Positions 60,197 to 64,000 of a DNA stretch of 64,000 bases are shown here, one piece after another. The DNA is from Mayamaea pseudoterrestris. Taxonomy: Eukaryota. A program made the position numbers and the translations under genes. Positions within the stretch are counted from its first letter, which is position 1. Each line of letters begins with the position of its first letter. The notes under the pieces are model-generated. The model was not told the DNA's origin, did no database searches, and saw only the letters and a list, made by a program, of their open reading frames with translations. The stretch lies in the NCBI GenBank assembly GCA_027923505.1, contig BROI01000011.1, positions 744,001 through 808,000 of the forward strand. The letters run 5' to 3'.

Positions 60197-61417
60197 ATGA
60201 TAAGATCTATTACTTTCTTGATACTAGTGACGGAGGCCGCTATGGCGTTCACCGCGACTGCTTCTTCGCCGCGGTTCAACTCTCAACTCGGCTCCTCGGC
60301 CGCTCCTCCGGCGGAAGTTGTCCTTGGAAAAACCGAGACGCATTCCCACTGCAGTGCACCTGGTGATCGCGATATTCTCATCCGAGCGGCTCGCGGAGAA
60401 AAAGTGGAGCGTACGCCTGTGTGGCTCATGCGACAGGCAGGTCGCTACATGAGTGCGTTTCGCGAATACAGTGACAAGATTCCTTTTCGCGAACGAAGCG
60501 AAACACCCGACTATGCCGTTGAGCTCAGTCTCCAGTGCCATCGCGCGTACGGTTTGGATGGAATCATCATGTTTAGTGATATCTTGACGCCGTTGCCTTG
60601 TCTTGGGATTGACTTTGATGTCGTCAAAGGCACTGGACCTGTCATTCGATCACCGACTGACGAAGACTTGATGAAGCTACCGAGAGAATTCAAATTTGAC
60701 GAAAAAGTTCCATTCATTCGAGAAATATTACAAAGATTGCGCACAGAAGCAGAGGAGATGAACACTTCACTCATAGGCTTTGTCGGCGCTCCTTTCACGC
60801 TTGCCGCGTACAGTCTCGAAGGCAAATCGAGCAAGCATTGCGAAACCACCAAGAGTCTCATTTTGCGAAATGATTGCGGAGAGACGCAGGTCTTCCAAAC
60901 ATTCATGCACACTCTAGCTGAAATGATTGGTCAGTATGCATGCCATCAAATTGAATCAGGTGCCGAGGTAATCCAAATTTTCGAATCTTGGGCACATCAG
61001 CTGAGCCCCGACAATTTTGAGCGATACGCCAAACCAGCAGTCGAACGAGTTACCGCAATAATAAAAGACAAGCATCCCAATGTACCAGTCATTTATTTCG
61101 CCAATGGAGGATCTGGTTTCCTTGAACAACAAAAGGACATGTCTGCTGATATGATTTGCTTAGATTGGGCCGTCGATATGAGCGAGGCCAGACAACGACT
61201 CGGGAATAAGCCTGTCAGTGGTAACCTTGACCCGTCGATATTAAAGTATGGCTCGAAGGAGCAGATAGAGCAAGCGGTACGAAACTGCATTGACAAAGCG
61301 GGTGGGCCAGGCTCTCATTTGCTAAACTTAGGGCATGGTGTTATGCAAGGCACACCTGAGCAAAACGTCAAGTACTTGGTCGACGAGTGCAAACGCTACA
61401 AAGGTAAAAACATTTAG
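60197..61417 (+). CDS. hemE: Uroporphyrinogen decarboxylase, plastid-targeted
   Basis: PVWLMRQAGRY, IMFSDIL, LIGFVGAPFTLAAY, QIFESWA, SGNLDP, LNLGHGV. Leader ends AMAF-T. Confidence 0.97.
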   Translation: MIRSITFLILVTEAAMAFTATASSPRFNSQLGSSAAPPAEVVLGKTETHSHCSAPGDRDILIRAARGEKVERTPVWLMRQAGRYMSAFREYSDKIPFRERSETPDYAVELSLQCHRAYGLDGIIMFSDILTPLPCLGIDFDVVKGTGPVIRSPTDEDLMKLPREFKFDEKVPFIREILQRLRTEAEEMNTSLIGFVGAPFTLAAYSLEGKSSKHCETTKSLILRNDCGETQVFQTFMHTLAEMIGQYACHQIESGAEVIQIFESWAHQLSPDNFERYAKPAVERVTAIIKDKHPNVPVIYFANGGSGFLEQQKDMSADMICLDWAVDMSEARQRLGNKPVSGNLDPSILKYGSKEQIEQAVRNCIDKAGGPGSHLLNLGHGVMQGTPEQNVKYLVDECKRYKGKNI

Positions 61418-61599
61418 TCAGCAAGAGCTTACTAAATAGCTTATAGTATGGTGCCCGATTGGGGAATAAGCCCTTGGTCGACGAGTGCAAACGCTACAAA
61501 GGTAATAACACTTGCTGTAAATCCGCAAGAAGTACTAATTAGCATATAGTATGGCGCCCGTTCGGGGTATTATATCAGGCTATACGGTCTCTTGAGCAA

Positions 61600-62805
61600 C
61601 TACATAATCTGGCAGCATCCAGGCGGAGGTGGAGGTGGCGCCTCTTCTTTCTTAACTGCCGCGTGCCGAATAATTGGTATGCCATCCGCTGGGTTGTACG
61701 GTAATGGTGGAGCTACAGAGGGCTTGCCATCCTTGTCGAAGTCGCCTCCATTTCCGCCATTGCGAGTATCGCCGCCCATCCTCGCTTGTTCCTTTGAAGT
61801 GTCATCTGCTATCATTTCTTCGGCTGTTCTTTGGTCAAAGTTGGACTCAAGTGACATTTTCTGGTCGTCCGCACCCATCTTGTAGGGAAGATCGGCGACA
61901 GTTCCGGAGTGGCAACAGTCCATAATGAGTGTGCAATGCACACCTTTGCGCATTGGTTTAATCAAGTACTTTAATATGTCGTCGTCGACAATCTGACCAG
62001 CCTCTCGAAAATCAACTGGAATAATTGACTCATCCATGCCATCGTCTTCGTCCCTAAAGAAACGAATGGTCGACATTGTGAGAACCACTTTCATGAGCCA
62101 GGACGTCAGACGTTGGGTAGCATAGTCAAGCACATGTCCACCGGATACTCACCCGTCATCGTCTTTAACATTACCGCCATGACCACTGAAACTGATGAAT
62201 ACGACATCATTTGGCTGTGAATACTTTACCATTGCCTCGAAGCCTTTCTCAATATTGCTGCGTGTCGGCATGGCGTGTTTGCCGTCATCCATCAGCACAA
62301 GCATCTGGCTTTCTTGGAAACCCATGGCGTCGATCAAATACTGCCGAATATTAAGGCAGTCATGCTGGGGAGCCTTCAATTCGCCGGCTCCCTGCCCAAC
62401 ATAGTTTATGCCAATTAAAAGAGCTCGCCGACGCCCGGAATTGGGAGGGACAATGTTCAGAGGCTTTTCCGGATGCAAAGGCCGACTGCTCGATACTTGC
62501 GGCTCCTGTTTGTAGCCTTGCTTCTTCAGTTCCATTCTCATTTGCTTGAGGACCGCAATCCAGCTCAATTTGTTGACGCGATGTGCATTGTCATACAGCA
62601 CCTGTAGCAAGGCACTCGTGCAGCAACCACCACTCTTTCCGTTCGCGTTGGGAAGCTCAAACTGGGACGTATTGTAAGCTTCCTGAGCTTCCTGCGAATC
62701 GTCAGCCGCCGAAAGCATGTTGAACTCCGAAGGTATAGCTTTCTCAACGACGGCATGGTAGTCGGGACTGTCGTTCGCTGGGACCTTTGATGTGGACTTG
62801 GCCAT
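61600..62805 (-). CDS. Type III metacaspase (p10 precedes p20) with C-terminal CCQIM, 2 exons
   Basis: Exons 62805-62153 and 62053-61600. N-terminal p10 ([26 protein letters not shown]), then p20 ([22 protein letters not shown]). Confidence 0.93.
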
Positions 62806-63198
62806 CTTTCTTATTCAGTCATCGATGACGCATTCAATTCTTGCTACGATAAACCTGATGATGGAGTAAGCAGCAGCAAGTCTGTGTCTAAAATACAACT
62901 TGAACAAACATCAATGCTCCGCTACGTATGCATAGTTCACTCGACGGAAGCTTCCTGCTTATGACTCGTTTGTGACCGATCGGTCGTGGATGACCTTCAC
63001 TACCGGTCAGACTCACTATCTAATTTTCTCGCAAAAAGATACCTTTGCACATAAACGGCCGCCTCGGATATCAGCAATTGCTTCACCATGGAGTGATCTG
63101 AAAGAACGGCTGATATAATACATCTTTGCCGAAAAGTAACTAAAGCAATATTAGCAGGAAGCACGAACCACGAAGCACGGCAAGCATTACGCATCATC

Positions 63199-64000
63199 AT
63201 GACGGAAGAAGAGACGCAACAGCGTCTCATTCTCAGTCCAGAAGATGCCATGGACGACTTTGACACAAGCAGCGAGGATGAAAACAAACCGCCTCGTCCA
63301 CCGGGACGCGCCAAAGCTCCTCGTCCAAGCATGGTCGCACGACAAAGTCTTGCGACAAAGCGACGCCGTCGAAGCAGCATGATTCGCAATCGATTGAGTC
63401 TTACGTCGGCGAATGGAACGACACCTTCCGAACAGCACCTTGGTGAGCTCTATCGCAAGGCTATACGTATGAACGCCGAGAACCGCATCAATGCTCAAAA
63501 CTCTTGGAACTTGCCACTCATTGAGCACATTGACAAATTTTTGGAGGAAGATGAGGAGGAGGGAGAGGAAGAAAACCATATCAGCGATATGGAGTCAAGC
63601 CAGACGCCGAAAGCAAGCAAGCGAGTCAACTTCACCAAAGCCTCCTGCACACTTGATGCGTCAGTTAAAATTTACTCATTTCGAGTCGATGATGTCCATC
63701 TCACGAGCTACAAGGTCCTTGCGAACTTGAACCGCAATCAGAAACCGAATGAAAAGGACGGTGACGATGGAATCTTCCCGACGAATCATGACGATGAAGG
63801 CGACGAGACAGCCACCAAAACACCGGCCCGGAAGACGGCACGCTCCGCTCAAACCTTGGAAACTAATCGAGGTAAATTTTCTGATGGCATTCTTTATGGG
63901 AGTGTGCGCGCGCTTACTCAATCTTCCTTCTTTCTACTGACGCAGCAAACATTAATCTTAATCGCTTGGATGCGGCTTTTGACATTGACCCTCTCTTCCA
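63199..64000 (+). CDS. NCAPH: Condensin I kleisin subunit (Barren/CAP-H), 5' part; runs off the window
   Basis: Absent from the ORF track. ATG at 63199 gives LYRKAIRMNAENRINAQNSWNLPLIEH and NFTKASCTLDASVKIYSFRVDDVH. Intron 63872-63945, then AFDIDPLF. Confidence 0.92.
   Translation, partial: MTEEETQQRLILSPEDAMDDFDTSSEDENKPPRPPGRAKAPRPSMVARQSLATKRRRRSSMIRNRLSLTSANGTTPSEQHLGELYRKAIRMNAENRINAQNSWNLPLIEHIDKFLEEDEEEGEEENHISDMESSQTPKASKRVNFTKASCTLDASVKIYSFRVDDVHLTSYKVLANLNRNQKPNEKDGDDGIFPTNHDDEGDETATKTPARKTARSAQTLETNRGKFSDGILYGSVRALTQSSFFLLTQQTLILIAWMRLLTLTLSS

Noticed and set aside
1..64000. tRNA or rRNA genes, including tRNA-Sec
   Set aside because: No cloverleaf with a T-loop or rRNA-like stretch recognised by eye. 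tRNAscan-SE/Infernal would be needed to exclude them.

Overview
Eukaryotic, intron-containing nuclear DNA from a diatom-like stramenopile, judged by bipartite ASAF/AF plastid presequences, a p10-p20 type III metacaspase, diatom-style LRR proteins and short GT-AG introns. There are about 24 distinct genes, and I resolved exon junctions by hand. Main points: (1) a membrane-anchored glutathione peroxidase with an in-frame TGA at the catalytic position (C-L-U motif) and a SECIS-like hairpin in its 3' UTR, so a selenoprotein that the ORF track splits; (2) an 80-aa protein resembling the SNARE-binding helix of complexin; (3) an apparently identical 9,996-bp tandem duplication (18235-28230 / 28231-38226), which may be an assembly artefact; (4) a giant (~2,900 aa) Pro/Ser-repeat type-I membrane protein with RRL and KxxK motifs typical of diatom cell-wall proteins; (5) a decayed cysteine synthase pseudogene, absent from the ORF track as a recognisable gene, lying head-to-head with the selenoprotein. 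All family assignments come from motif recognition; no searches were run.
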